Shown: positions 19,367 to 29,698, counted from the stretch's first letter. The stretch: DNA of 64,000 nucleotides from an uncultured archaeon (GCA_964631415.1 CAZVZC010000001.1:100638-164637); one strand, 5' to 3'. Notes: generated by a model not told the origin, from the sequence alone. Numbers and translations: made by a program.

Positions 19367-19887
19367 AACCCCTGGAAGTATTCCTAACGTCCGTTTCCAT
19401 GATTCAAATCCCGCTTCAGTTTCAGCCCTTCCCATCATGGTGGTCTTCTGTGCTGGAAACGGTTCTGAATGCGGCATATGCTATTACCATCAGGGGATAC
19501 CTGCTGATTGTCTTGATCGGGCTCATGCTCTATATGACCGGTCTGTGCGATGAACTTGGCAAGATACTCGTAGTCGGGGGTGTCGGTATCTACCTTGTCG
19601 GGCCTTATCTTGTTAGCCTCTTTGCGACTGTAGCTGGCATCGAACCCATCACGCTTGAGAGTGCCACTAGTGCGTGGCTGAGAGTCTTCGCAATGAGTGA
19701 CAGTGAGCTAATCGCATTGATTGTGACCTTGGCTGAGGTTCTTGCAGCCATCTGTTGTCTGGCTGGAGCAATAATGTATTTCGTTCCGTCTTCAAACGAA
19801 CTGAGGTCTAGGGGGCAGTCGTTGATCGTCAGGGCACTGATTCTTGCCCCGGTGTTAGTCTTCTTTCAAGTATCCCCTTGGATATAG
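19363..19887 (+). CDS. four-TM membrane protein, tandem helical-hairpin (pilin-like) repeat
   Basis: Two similar units G.(I/M)(L/M)Y...(L/R)G..L(I/V); resembles the ORF at 61650-61901. Confidence 0.6.
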   Translation: MKPLEVFLTSVSMIQIPLQFQPFPSWWSSVLETVLNAAYAITIRGYLLIVLIGLMLYMTGLCDELGKILVVGGVGIYLVGPYLVSLFATVAGIEPITLESATSAWLRVFAMSDSELIALIVTLAEVLAAICCLAGAIMYFVPSSNELRSRGQSLIVRALILAPVLVFFQVSPWI

Positions 19888-19960
19888 TACATTCACCTCG
19901 ACATAACTCTTAAATGAATGCCACCGCTCCGGCGGGACGTGGATTGACCGTGCACCTTGG

Positions 19961-21373
19961 GTGAGCACACCGATGGCAGACAGGTCCTCTATCGAGTATC
20001 GAACGGTTTCTGACGTGAGTGGTCCCCTGCTCATTGTGCAGAACACACACAATGTAGGCTATAACGAAGTCGCGAGGATTCGATCCCCCTCAGGGGAGTT
20101 GCTGACAGGGACTGTGCTTGAAACAGGTCACGGCAAGGCTATCATACAAGTCTTCGAGGGCACCAGCGGGTTGGACACCGACCTGACGTCCGTACGTTTC
20201 GTAGGAGAAACACTGAAACTGCCAGTGTCCACTGAGATTCTTGGACGCGTGTTGGATGGGTCGGGAAACCCACTGGACAAGGGTCCTCCCCTGACGGCAG
20301 AGGATCACTGGGACATAAACGGCTCGCCAATCAACCCCTACGCCCGTCAATACCCACGACAGCCGATCCAGACAGGTCTTTCAGTAATCGATGGGCTCAA
20401 TACACTTGTCCGTGGTCAGAAGCTGCCGATCTTCTCAGGCTCTGGACTGCCTCACAACCGGATTGCTGCACAGATAGTCAGGCAAGCAAAGATCCCCGGT
20501 GAGGAGGGCCAGTTTGCTATAGTGTTTGCAGCGATGGGGATTACTGCAACTGAGGCCCAGTACTTCATGAACTCCTTTGAGGAAACAGGCGCACTCGAAC
20601 ACACAACTCTGTTCTTGAACCTAGCTAATGACCCTGCAATCGAACGCATCATCACACCTAGGGCTGCATTGACAGCGGCCGAGTACTTGGCATATCAAGC
20701 GGACATGCACATTCTGGTGATACTGACTGACATGACGAATTACGCAGAGGCTCTACGTGAGATAAGCGCTGCAAGGTCTGAGGTTCCGGGCCGCCGCGGA
20801 TACCCGGGGTACTTATACACGGACCTCAGCCTGATCTATGAGCGCGCGGGTCGTATCCACGGCAGAAAGGGAACTATTACACAAATGCCTATACTGTCAA
20901 TGCCACAGGACGACATGACACATCCTATTCCTGACCTGTCCGGATACATCACCGAAGGTCAGCTTCCACTGAGTAGAGGACTGCACAGGCGAGGAATCTA
21001 CCCGCCGATAGACCCCGGCCCGTCACTGAGTCGTCTGATGAAGGAGGGTATCGGCGAGGGGATGACTCGTTTCGACCACAAAGAGATACAGGCACAGCTC
21101 TACTACTGTTACTCTGAAGGCAGGGACTTGAGAGATCTCGTTGCCGTCGTCGGGTCAGAAGCCCTGACAGATCGTGACCAGAAGTACCTGAAGTTCGCTG
21201 ACAGGTTCGAGCAGGAATTCATAAACCAAGGAGAGTCTGAAGATAGGTCGTTCGAGCAGACCTTGGACCTAGGGTGGACCCTGCTCTGCGAGTTTCCTGA
21301 GAGAGAACTGAAGAGATGCGACCCGCAAACCATCTCTTGGGCCAAGGAGAAAGGCGTCTACAAGCCTGCATGA
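19961..21373 (+). CDS. atpB: A/V-type ATP synthase subunit B
   Basis: [47 protein letters not shown]. Confidence 0.98.
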   Translation: MSTPMADRSSIEYRTVSDVSGPLLIVQNTHNVGYNEVARIRSPSGELLTGTVLETGHGKAIIQVFEGTSGLDTDLTSVRFVGETLKLPVSTEILGRVLDGSGNPLDKGPPLTAEDHWDINGSPINPYARQYPRQPIQTGLSVIDGLNTLVRGQKLPIFSGSGLPHNRIAAQIVRQAKIPGEEGQFAIVFAAMGITATEAQYFMNSFEETGALEHTTLFLNLANDPAIERIITPRAALTAAEYLAYQADMHILVILTDMTNYAEALREISAARSEVPGRRGYPGYLYTDLSLIYERAGRIHGRKGTITQMPILSMPQDDMTHPIPDLSGYITEGQLPLSRGLHRRGIYPPIDPGPSLSRLMKEGIGEGMTRFDHKEIQAQLYYCYSEGRDLRDLVAVVGSEALTDRDQKYLKFADRFEQEFINQGESEDRSFEQTLDLGWTLLCEFPERELKRCDPQTISWAKEKGVYKPA

Positions 21374-21419
21374 TCCTGTCAGATGAACATGACATGTCAC
21401 ACGACTAGGTTGCGACGGT

Positions 21420-21758
21420 TCACTCAAGGCCAAAGCGCAAGTAGTGATCCTTTTCCTTCTTCGCCCCGAAGCTTCTGAGACCTTCTGCCCTCAGCTTCTT
21501 CTTGATCTCTGATGCTTCCGACTCACTGATCTCTCTTCTCTTGACCATGAAGTCGATAATCTCAACTGCTTGGGACTCTGTGTCGCATCTCCGTATGTAG
21601 TCCACCACATCAGGCATGAATGTTGGTTCAGCACCTGATTCACCGGACTTGTCAGAAACGGTACGGGCTTCTTCCACTTTGTAGACCTTGGTCTTTCCTT
21701 CTTCCAGTTCCTCGCTGAGTGCAGGGAAGTCTTCGCCAAGTTCTTTCTTTCTAGCCAT
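21420..21758 (-). CDS. DUF2095-family protein
   Basis: PDVVDYIRRCDT..QAVEIIDF...GLRSFG.KK. Confidence 0.75.
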   Translation of the reverse strand: MARKKELGEDFPALSEELEEGKTKVYKVEEARTVSDKSGESGAEPTFMPDVVDYIRRCDTESQAVEIIDFMVKRREISESEASEIKKKLRAEGLRSFGAKKEKDHYLRFGLE

Positions 21759-21863
21759 GGTCCACCACCAGACCCTACGAGATGCTACTGATCCTGGCGT
21801 GTCTGAGAGAACAGTCTGTGAAACGCCTTATGAACATTCGGCTGACGGCTCTCTGCGATTGTT

Positions 21864-23456
21864 TCACTGGTTCTTTATGAAGTTCCAAGGAAGATCCCCA
21901 TCCAAGTGCTGTGCGTCACTGGCCATAGATAGGACCGGGACTCCAGTTTCGCTCTGTGCTCTCCTCCATCCGCCGTACCCTCCGTACCTTGCCGCCACTA
22001 GTATTGCTTTTCCCAGTGATCTGTTGCCGATGGACAGGGCCGCCTGAATGCGTGCGCTTCTGGGATCGAGTGTTTCAAACTCGACACGCTTGGCGCCGCG
22101 TAGCCCCCTCTCAACTATTCTGATTTTGGCACGTATGCTTTCAATTGACGGCTGTGCTTCACGCTCCCAATCTGTGTGTGCCTTCGGTATGAATGGGTTC
22201 AAGCTAACCGTGACTCTCATACCGCTCATCTTGACTAGGCGTTCTACCATCGTCGGGATGGTTCTCACGTCATCGTCAGTTTCACCGGGCAGTCCTATCA
22301 TGAAGTAGAGTTTCAGGGCTCCAAAGCCGGCTTTGGCTGCCAGCTGCACCGTGTTCTCAATATCTTCGTCAGACAGCGTCTTCCCTGCTGATTTCCTCAG
22401 CTGCTGCGACCCTGTTTCAGGAGCGATTGTGAATGTCTTCTGTCCTCCTCTCACCAAGATGGATAGCAGTTCTCCACTGACTGAGTCTGCTCTTAGGGAG
22501 GGCACCGACAGCCCAAGGCCACGGTCCACTATCCATGAGGCCAAGTCCCCCAAGCCGTCGATATCTCCCAGCGAGGAAGCAATGAGTGCAACCTTGTGCA
22601 CTGGCGTTTCCTCGATTCCCTTTGTAATGATTTCCTTCAGACGCCCAAGTGATCTTGCTCTCTTGGGTCGGCAGATGTGACCAACTAGACAGAACTTGCA
22701 GGAATATCCGCATCCTCTTGTTGTTTCGACAAGCAAAGACCTGCCGAACACGGGCTCTAGACTAGAACCTTCCGGAACATCTGGGAGGATTTGAGCGGTT
22801 GGGTGAGGCAGAGAATCCAATTGGCTGAATCTGAGCCTGCGCACTTCGGACTGTCCGGCCGCAGGCACGTACACTCCCTCGATTCCGGCCAGTTCTTTGA
22901 CAATCTCAGAACGCGACGCCAGCGAGGCCGCCGCATCCACAATCTGGCTGATGACAAGATCCCCCTCACCAATCACGAACGCATCCACAAAGTCTGCATA
23001 AGGTTCTGGATTGGCACTAGGTACGGGTCCTCCCACGAGCACAATGGGGTCCGTTTCTGAACGTTGCGCTGCCATAACTGGTATGTTTCCACGGTCAAGC
23101 ATCTGAAGGAGATTGAGAATGTCCTCTTCATAGGTAAGTGAGAAGCCCACGATATGATTCTCCTTCAATGGCCTTCCGCTTTCGACGGAGTGGCAGGGAG
23201 ATGCGACATCGTACCTGAAGTATCTCTCACACGAAGTGTCTTCTCTGTCGTTCAATATGGAGTAGAAAAGATGTGTTGCGAGACCTGTCATTCCTGCTCG
23301 ATAGGTGGACGGATAGGCATACCCAAAGAGCACGTCTACATTTCTCGTGTCCTTGAGAATCGAGTTGAACTCTTTTACACCAGTGGTGGGCAAGGCACAG
23401 TCCTCAGTCGTCTGTTTCGAGGCTAACAACTTTCTTCGGCTCATCGGACAGGACAA
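21864..23456 (-). CDS. B12-binding-domain radical SAM protein
   Basis: YPSTYRAGM, GGP...NPEP, IGEGD, ETTRGCGYSCKFC, APETGS. Confidence 0.85.
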   Translation of the reverse strand: MSCPMSRRKLLASKQTTEDCALPTTGVKEFNSILKDTRNVDVLFGYAYPSTYRAGMTGLATHLFYSILNDREDTSCERYFRYDVASPCHSVESGRPLKENHIVGFSLTYEEDILNLLQMLDRGNIPVMAAQRSETDPIVLVGGPVPSANPEPYADFVDAFVIGEGDLVISQIVDAAASLASRSEIVKELAGIEGVYVPAAGQSEVRRLRFSQLDSLPHPTAQILPDVPEGSSLEPVFGRSLLVETTRGCGYSCKFCLVGHICRPKRARSLGRLKEIITKGIEETPVHKVALIASSLGDIDGLGDLASWIVDRGLGLSVPSLRADSVSGELLSILVRGGQKTFTIAPETGSQQLRKSAGKTLSDEDIENTVQLAAKAGFGALKLYFMIGLPGETDDDVRTIPTMVERLVKMSGMRVTVSLNPFIPKAHTDWEREAQPSIESIRAKIRIVERGLRGAKRVEFETLDPRSARIQAALSIGNRSLGKAILVAARYGGYGGWRRAQSETGVPVLSMASDAQHLDGDLPWNFIKNQ

Positions 23457-24690
23457 GCCTCCCTGCCGGGATATCCCTGTCTACAATGACGCCAATACCT
23501 GTACGTGCACCTTGGTGAACCACTACCCCCGGACTGAGTAGAGTGCCAATGCCAGTCTTCACGTTGTCCCCAATGATGGCCCCCATTTTGCGGCGGCCTG
23601 AGTTCACTCTTTCACCCTTGACAGTCACGTGCACTGGCTGATCATCATGACGTAGATTCGCAGTGATAGTCCCTGCGCCGAAGTTCGACTTACGCCCTAT
23701 GACTGAGTCGCCGACATAGGATAGGTGTCCAATATGTGTGTCCTCCATTATGATGCTGTTCTTTATCTCGACCGCATTTCCAACTTTTACACCTCGACTG
23801 AGTGAAGTGCTCGGGCGAATGTAGCAGTTGGGTCCTACAACACAGTCCTCTCCTATACAGGCTGGTCCCTCGATGTATGCACCACTCTTGATGACAGCCC
23901 CTCTCTCCACGATGACATTTCCCTTGACGGTCGCACCATCCTCGACCTCGCCGTCAATCCTTCGTACGGCATCCGCTAAGACGAGTTCATTTGCTCTCAG
24001 GAGATCCCAAGGCTTTCCTATGTCGAGCCACCAGGAAGGCAGCAAATAGACTCCGACCATTCTCTGTTTTATCAGCATCATGATCGAGTCGGTTATCTCA
24101 TATTCGCCGCGCGAAGACAGTCCAGTCTTGTCAATTGCGTGCCACATCTCAGGGCCAGTCGCATAGACTCCAGCATTGACGAGCTTGCTTGTTAGCTGGT
24201 CAGCTTTTGGCTTCTCTATCAACCCCACGGCCCTGTCATCTTGAGCCATGACTATTCCATAAGGAGTGGGGTCTTCGACTGGGGTGACGGAAAGAATCGT
24301 CTTGAATCTGGCATTTTCATAGAGGCTGATTAGACCTGGAATGGTGTTTGGCCCTACCATCACGTCACCATACATCAGGATTAGTGGGTCCTGTTTGGCG
24401 AACTCGCGGGCGTGCGCTGCCGCGTGGGCAGTACCCTTTCTTTCCTTTTGGAGCACGTAAGAAACCTTCATCGGGTCCCAGTTCTGTGAGTCTATGGCCT
24501 CGCGAAGTTCTTCGCCATGGTAGCCGTAGACGACCAGTGTGTCTTGTATTCCTGCGTCCTTCAGGGCTCTAAGAGTATGGAAAATCAACGGCTGCCCCGC
24601 TACGGGCAAGAGGTGTTTGGGCAAGTTCGCAGACAGCGGCTGCATTCTTGTGGAGTCGCCTGCTGCCAGTAGGGCTGCCTTCGCTATCAT
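23404..24690 (-). CDS. glmU: bifunctional sugar-1-phosphate nucleotidyltransferase/acetyltransferase (GlmU-like)
   Basis: LAAGDSTRMQPL...PK, hexapeptide repeats, HLSYVGDS, NFGAGTITANLRHD. Confidence 0.9.
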   Translation of the reverse strand: MIAKAALLAAGDSTRMQPLSANLPKHLLPVAGQPLIFHTLRALKDAGIQDTLVVYGYHGEELREAIDSQNWDPMKVSYVLQKERKGTAHAAAHAREFAKQDPLILMYGDVMVGPNTIPGLISLYENARFKTILSVTPVEDPTPYGIVMAQDDRAVGLIEKPKADQLTSKLVNAGVYATGPEMWHAIDKTGLSSRGEYEITDSIMMLIKQRMVGVYLLPSWWLDIGKPWDLLRANELVLADAVRRIDGEVEDGATVKGNVIVERGAVIKSGAYIEGPACIGEDCVVGPNCYIRPSTSLSRGVKVGNAVEIKNSIIMEDTHIGHLSYVGDSVIGRKSNFGAGTITANLRHDDQPVHVTVKGERVNSGRRKMGAIIGDNVKTGIGTLLSPGVVVHQGARTGIGVIVDRDIPAGRLVLSDEPKKVVSLETDD

Positions 24691-24867
24691 ATGTCGCTGC
24701 TGAAGTGCGAGGGGTGATAAAGAGTTCGCCATTTGGGACTACAGCGGGCCCAACGTCAAGGGATATGGTTTTAACTGGGTCACTGGGACTTATTTCACAG
24801 TATACGCGCTGGCAATGGGAGAATATCGCGGGCTGCGACCGCGACATTAGTCCTCAGACGGCGATAA

Positions 24868-24883
24868 GTTAATAAACATTAAC
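24868..24883. promoter_or_regulatory. inverted repeat GTTAAT-N4-ATTAAC in AT-rich promoter; candidate operator
   Basis: Perfect 6-bp inverted repeat about 45 nt upstream of a wHTH regulator gene. Confidence 0.35.
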
Positions 24884-24926
24884 GTTAGTTAAGTACTCAA
24901 TGTGGAACTGAATCTAGAGCACAATA

Positions 24927-25208
24927 ATGGGTTCCGGATTCACAGCGAGGAGAATGATTGCAATGATGACTGATTCGGAACTGGCCGAAGAACTCAAGGA
25001 AATGAAGCTGACAAAGAGTCAAATGATAGTGTTAGGCATCCTCAGAAAGAGCGGTCGGGATGGAGTTACGCCCAAGCAGCTCTTGGACAAGGTTTCATTT
25101 GCTCCAAGGACTGTGAGGTACGCACTCAGGAAACTACTGAAAAAGAACCTGATCAGACGAGTGCCTTGTCTGCAAGACATGCGTCAGTACATTTACACGC
25201 CAGCATAG
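24927..25208 (+). CDS. small winged-helix (MarR/Lrs14-like) DNA-binding protein
   Basis: LTKSQMIVL...TPKQL.....RTVRYALRKL...LIRR. Confidence 0.8.
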   Translation: MGSGFTARRMIAMMTDSELAEELKEMKLTKSQMIVLGILRKSGRDGVTPKQLLDKVSFAPRTVRYALRKLLKKNLIRRVPCLQDMRQYIYTPA

Positions 25209-25378
25209 TGTTACCAACAGACCCGTGTTTGTCCAGAGTGACTATCACCTGAGTTGGCGGGACTGAGAATGATGCGATCCAAAACATCTTGTTGTCAAAC
25301 CATGCTTTGGCTTCAGGGCTGTTATGGACGCTGCAACTAGTCTTAGCAGAACGGCAAGCTGAGTGGAGCGAGAACAAG

Positions 25379-26032
25379 ATGAAGAGCCTAAAGGTCGTGA
25401 CCGGCGAGAAAGCGGCTGCAGCAATACATGCGCTGAATGATGAATGCCGAAGGCGTATTCTCGATGCACTCAGGTCGAGAGAGATGCCCACACCAGAGAT
25501 AGCTGAGCTACTCTCTGATCAGGGGCATGATCAAGTGAAGCCCCAGACGGTCCGATATCACTTGAAAGAGCTGGAACGCGCCGGACTGATAGAGCAGACA
25601 AGATGTATGCCTGCTGGTGACGACGACACACACATAATGAAGAAGGTCTGGAGAGCAACAGCCGAGAGCATATTCATAGCCGCCGGGAAAGGAGCTGGGC
25701 CCCAGCAAGAAGGCACGAAAGACCTTGACATACCCGCCGTGATGCGCAAACTGGGATTCGAGCCTCCTAGCGAAGACTTTGTGAAGGAAACCACGACGAG
25801 GTACCTAGAATGGGACTCACTCTGGCGAAGGGGAAAGGAACTCGCAGAGCAGAGTCTCAGTACAATCCCTGAACTCAGTCCGGCTGAGTACTTGGTGCTC
25901 AGGAGACTTCTGAGCGTTGTACAGCTTCACAACGTGGATTATGCTCGCTACTGGGAAGTCAGCAAGGAAGTGGCTGACATGTTCAGGAAGGCTTACCTAG
26001 AGGGAATCGGGAAGAACCCGGATGTCTACTAG
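25379..26032 (+). CDS. ArsR-type wHTH transcriptional regulator
   Basis: ALNDECRRRILDAL...EIAELL...QTVRYHLKELERAGLI. Confidence 0.8.
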   Translation: MKSLKVVTGEKAAAAIHALNDECRRRILDALRSREMPTPEIAELLSDQGHDQVKPQTVRYHLKELERAGLIEQTRCMPAGDDDTHIMKKVWRATAESIFIAAGKGAGPQQEGTKDLDIPAVMRKLGFEPPSEDFVKETTTRYLEWDSLWRRGKELAEQSLSTIPELSPAEYLVLRRLLSVVQLHNVDYARYWEVSKEVADMFRKAYLEGIGKNPDVY

Positions 26033-26037
26033 AGCCT

Positions 26038-28359
26038 CTAATCGGTCGTCTTCTCTTCTCGGTATGCTGGATACTCTAGCTCCAGCAGATGCCTTATTCT
26101 GCCGGCCGTCTTTGGTCCCACTCCCTTGACTCTCATCAGCTCGGTTTCATCTGCTGAGAACACCCTCTCCAAGGTGCCGAATTCTGCCAGAATTGCCCTT
26201 GATATCACAGTGTCAATGCCTGGAAACCCCGAGAGAATGTACTCAAGGGTTTCAGCATCAGTCCCCTTGGTTTCTGGCGATCGAGTACGCAAAATCCTCT
26301 TGGACTCCACCTGTTCAAGGTATGCAATTCGGTAAAGCAGGTTTGCTGTTTCCTCTGCATTTCTGGTCCAGAGGGTTGGAATCCTAAGCCGTGTCGCTAT
26401 GGATGCAAGAGCACCATATATCGACGCAGGATTCACTGCCCTTAGACCTGTCAGCTGCTCCCCCTCAATAATCAGCACAGGCCTGCGGTAGGTCGAACGC
26501 AACGCACTCAACTGTACGAACAGTCTGCCATCGATTAACGATTGGATGAAGTCGCCAGACTCTTTTCGTTCGATTGCAACCTCCTCAGAGGCAATGTAGT
26601 CGCCGACCTCAAGGCTCTCGCCTGATATCGCGACATCGAGTCTTGCCAGTTCGCGGGCGACGGCAGTGGGGAGTTCCCTTGAGTCAACAATCAGTCGTAT
26701 GCCACCCCTTGGTACAGCGGTTTCTCTTCCTGCATCCCCTGCTGTTTTCAATGTGTGTCCTAGTTCTCCACCGAAGTCCTCTAGGCGCATCTGTTTCTTC
26801 TCTGGCTCCTTTTCTGCTTCTTTGAGGGCTGATGGCATCTTCTTCAATTTGCTGATCACACTCCAATGGTAGTACTCGTCATGTGTGGCTCTGGCCACAA
26901 ATATGACGACGCGGCCAGGTGATCTTCTGCCTGTTCGGCCGCGGCGCTGAATGTATGGGACCACAGATGGAACACAATCGTAGAAAATCACAAGGTTGCA
27001 CTCAGGGATATCAAGCCCTTCTTCCCCGACCTGTGTAGCAACCAGTACGTTGAACTCATTGTTACGGAAACCATCCAAGACTTCGATCTGCTTTTTCTGA
27101 CTGAAACCCCTGTCAGTCCCTTTCGACGCCTGCCCAACAAAGCGACTGACTCTGACGCCATCGAGTTGCTCAAGTACTTCAACGACTTCAGCAGCCGTAT
27201 CGCGAAAACGCGTGAACACCAATACACGCGAGTCGAGGTTCGTCGAAAGCTGTTCGCTTATGATCTCGAGCAATGCGTCAGCCTTTGGATGTCGGTAGCC
27301 CTTCGCAATAAGTGCTTGCAGCAGGTTCTCGAACTGAATGAACTCCGATCTAGAGATCAGGTCCTTGACACCTTTGGAACTCTTCTTGTTACGAGCCTCT
27401 TCGTACATACCTTGAATGTATCTCAGAGTGGGTGCCAGACCCTGTGTACCGACAAACTCAATCAGGTGAACCACTCTTAGGGCCGCTGTCAGATCGCGCA
27501 CCAGCAGGTATAGATGGGGCGGCGGCTTGGTGAACGACCCTATCTCCTTCCTGACCTCACTCTGGACGCGAAGTATCTCCTTCCGGCTCAGTCGTCTACT
27601 ATCTGGCAGAGAGTACCCATAGTTGAGCACACGGGAGGTGTAGTCATTCAATAACGCCTGCAGTATGTCTCTAAGTGCTTGGATTTCTGAAGGCAGACTG
27701 ACATAGCGAATGTCTGTCGATATAGCAACCACGTAGTCACGCACGTCAGGACTGCTCTCAGTCCTTACTTCGACTCGTTTGAGTCTCAGGTTTTCACACA
27801 CTCTTCTAATGTGCTCAGAGTCGTGGCCTGGAGAAGCAGTGAGACCCATAGACAGCTGTCTCAATCCCTGCTTCTCATACAGCTCTGCAACGAAGGTGTA
27901 TGCGTAGTTACCCACGCCACGATGTGCCTCATCATATACCACCAATGAAACATCATTGAGACCATAGCTCCGCTGAACCAAGTCGTTCTGGAGTGCCTGT
28001 GGTGTCATGACGATTACGCGGGCCGCTGACCAGACAAGCCGTCTATGTTCTGGGGGATCGTTACCTGTCAGGCAAATCACCTGACTCTCGTCAATATCGA
28101 GTGCCTGTTTCAGAAAGCGTGCCTGTTGATCTGCAAGAGGACGTGATGGCGCAAGGAAGAGTATCTTCGAGTCGGGGTAATCAACCAACCGTCTGGCGGC
28201 TGTGAGGGCGGCAATCACAGTCTTTCCCAGACCTGTACTCAGCACAATCATAGTGCTCTCTTTGGCAGCGGCCTCTGAGAGATTCGCCTGATATTGCCTG
28301 TATTCTATTGTGTCCTTCCTGATAAGCGGCATCTCAACGAAGGAAGGTGCTGCTGCCAT
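26038..28359 (-). CDS. hef: Hef (FANCM-like) SF2 helicase / ERCC4 nuclease
   Basis: STGLGKT, DEAH, TASPG, QRRGRTGR, ERK...D...S..DGRL, HhH; start reassigned to ATG 28359. Confidence 0.95.
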   Translation of the reverse strand: MAAAPSFVEMPLIRKDTIEYRQYQANLSEAAAKESTMIVLSTGLGKTVIAALTAARRLVDYPDSKILFLAPSRPLADQQARFLKQALDIDESQVICLTGNDPPEHRRLVWSAARVIVMTPQALQNDLVQRSYGLNDVSLVVYDEAHRGVGNYAYTFVAELYEKQGLRQLSMGLTASPGHDSEHIRRVCENLRLKRVEVRTESSPDVRDYVVAISTDIRYVSLPSEIQALRDILQALLNDYTSRVLNYGYSLPDSRRLSRKEILRVQSEVRKEIGSFTKPPPHLYLLVRDLTAALRVVHLIEFVGTQGLAPTLRYIQGMYEEARNKKSSKGVKDLISRSEFIQFENLLQALIAKGYRHPKADALLEIISEQLSTNLDSRVLVFTRFRDTAAEVVEVLEQLDGVRVSRFVGQASKGTDRGFSQKKQIEVLDGFRNNEFNVLVATQVGEEGLDIPECNLVIFYDCVPSVVPYIQRRGRTGRRSPGRVVIFVARATHDEYYHWSVISKLKKMPSALKEAEKEPEKKQMRLEDFGGELGHTLKTAGDAGRETAVPRGGIRLIVDSRELPTAVARELARLDVAISGESLEVGDYIASEEVAIERKESGDFIQSLIDGRLFVQLSALRSTYRRPVLIIEGEQLTGLRAVNPASIYGALASIATRLRIPTLWTRNAEETANLLYRIAYLEQVESKRILRTRSPETKGTDAETLEYILSGFPGIDTVISRAILAEFGTLERVFSADETELMRVKGVGPKTAGRIRHLLELEYPAYREEKTTD

Positions 28360-28458
28360 TCCTCTTCTCGTCCGTTTTGACGTCTTGTCAACACACTTTG
28401 ATAATACACACTGTAAAAAGCCTCCTACTTGGAATGAAGCGTAAGGAGTCAGAACCGG

Positions 28459-28794
28459 ATGACTGCGAAAGAGCCGTTGACGAGTGTCGAGGCAGAACTG
28501 TATGAACTCAGCATGCCTGGCCGCCTTCTGGGGAAAGAGGTGCTCGACAACCGAGCGAGGCGAATTGGCATAGTGCGTAGCATAAGAATCGGGCTCAACC
28601 CCACCCGTTCCGAGCTGATAATCAAAGGTGCAGAGGTGGAGTTTCCGGTTGATTTCTCCAAGGTTGAAACTGTTGGCACTGTGGTGCAACTGAACTCCAT
28701 GGTCAAGGATGCCGAAGAGATCGAAGTTCATGATGTGATCAGGCTTCAGAAGGAAGTACTAGACGACATACGCAGTTACTTGGGTGGACACTAG
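28459..28794 (+). CDS. PRC-barrel domain protein
   Basis: LLGKEVLDNRARRIGIVRSI...VDFSKVETVGTVVQL. Confidence 0.75.
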   Translation: MTAKEPLTSVEAELYELSMPGRLLGKEVLDNRARRIGIVRSIRIGLNPTRSELIIKGAEVEFPVDFSKVETVGTVVQLNSMVKDAEEIEVHDVIRLQKEVLDDIRSYLGGH

Positions 28795-28847
28795 ACACTG
28801 TCGATAGGTCCCTTCGAAGACGTTAAGAGCATCAGTCGACGGACCCT

Positions 28848-29687
28848 ATGTCCGGAGCTGTTTTCATGGACCTCACAGTTGAGAAACTGGCCAAGATGAT
28901 TGACCATACAGAGCTCAAGCCGGAGGCGAAACGAGAGAAGATCAAGCAACTCTGTGAGGAGGCGCTTGCTTATCATTTCGCAACAGTATGTATCAATCCA
29001 GTTCACGTTCAGTATGCCGCTGAGCTGCTCAAGGACTCAGATGTGAAAGTATGCTGCGTGATTGGATTTCCGTTCGGTGCCAGCATGTCGACCGTCAAGG
29101 CATTCGAAGCCCGAGAGGTTGTAAAACTGGGAGCTCAGGAGGTGGACATGGTAATGAACATCGGCGCTCTTCGTGACAAGAACAACGATCTTGTAAGGTC
29201 TGATATTGAAACTGTGGTCGGAGCGTCTGGGAGCGCCCACGTCAAGGTCATCTTGGAAACGGGCTTTCTCACTGATGATGAGAAGAAACAGGCCTGTATA
29301 CTCGCCAAGGCGGCGGGAGCTCACTTTGTCAAGACCTCCACAGGTTTCGGCCCTATGGGCGCGACTCCTTATGATGTGAAACTCATGCGTGAAACAGTGG
29401 GATCTTCTATGGGTGTCAAGGCGGCAGGCGGCATCCGAAGCTTCAAGGATGCTCTTCAGATGATTGAGGCCGGAGCTGATCGTCTGGGTTCAAGTTCGGG
29501 TGTTGCATTGATTGAGGACTTGCGATGGGCTCAATACAGTGATGCATGGACGCAGCCTGACAAACCCTGCTGGACCTGTCCCAGCCGGCAGGCCAATCTG
29601 GCGAAGCAGCCAAAGGAAGTATATCTCTACTACAAACAGCGCTGCCTGACATGCCCAGACCGGGACCAGAACATCTTCAATGACTAG
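28848..29687 (+). CDS. deoC: deoxyribose-phosphate aldolase with Cys-rich C-terminal extension
   Basis: IDHTELKP, GFPFG, EVDMV, VKTSTGF, KAAGGIR, RLGSS. Confidence 0.95.
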   Translation: MSGAVFMDLTVEKLAKMIDHTELKPEAKREKIKQLCEEALAYHFATVCINPVHVQYAAELLKDSDVKVCCVIGFPFGASMSTVKAFEAREVVKLGAQEVDMVMNIGALRDKNNDLVRSDIETVVGASGSAHVKVILETGFLTDDEKKQACILAKAAGAHFVKTSTGFGPMGATPYDVKLMRETVGSSMGVKAAGGIRSFKDALQMIEAGADRLGSSSGVALIEDLRWAQYSDAWTQPDKPCWTCPSRQANLAKQPKEVYLYYKQRCLTCPDRDQNIFND

Positions 29688-29698
29688 AGGGAAACATC

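Noticed and set aside
25230-25300. CTGAGA and ACCTGA words suggesting a TPP riboswitch
   Set aside because: Motifs are in the wrong order, the rest of the consensus is absent, and the downstream gene is unrelated to thiamine
28360-28731. 124-aa N-terminal extension of Hef in the ORF track
   Set aside because: Overlaps the PRC-barrel gene on the opposite strand; Hef similarity begins at ATG 28359
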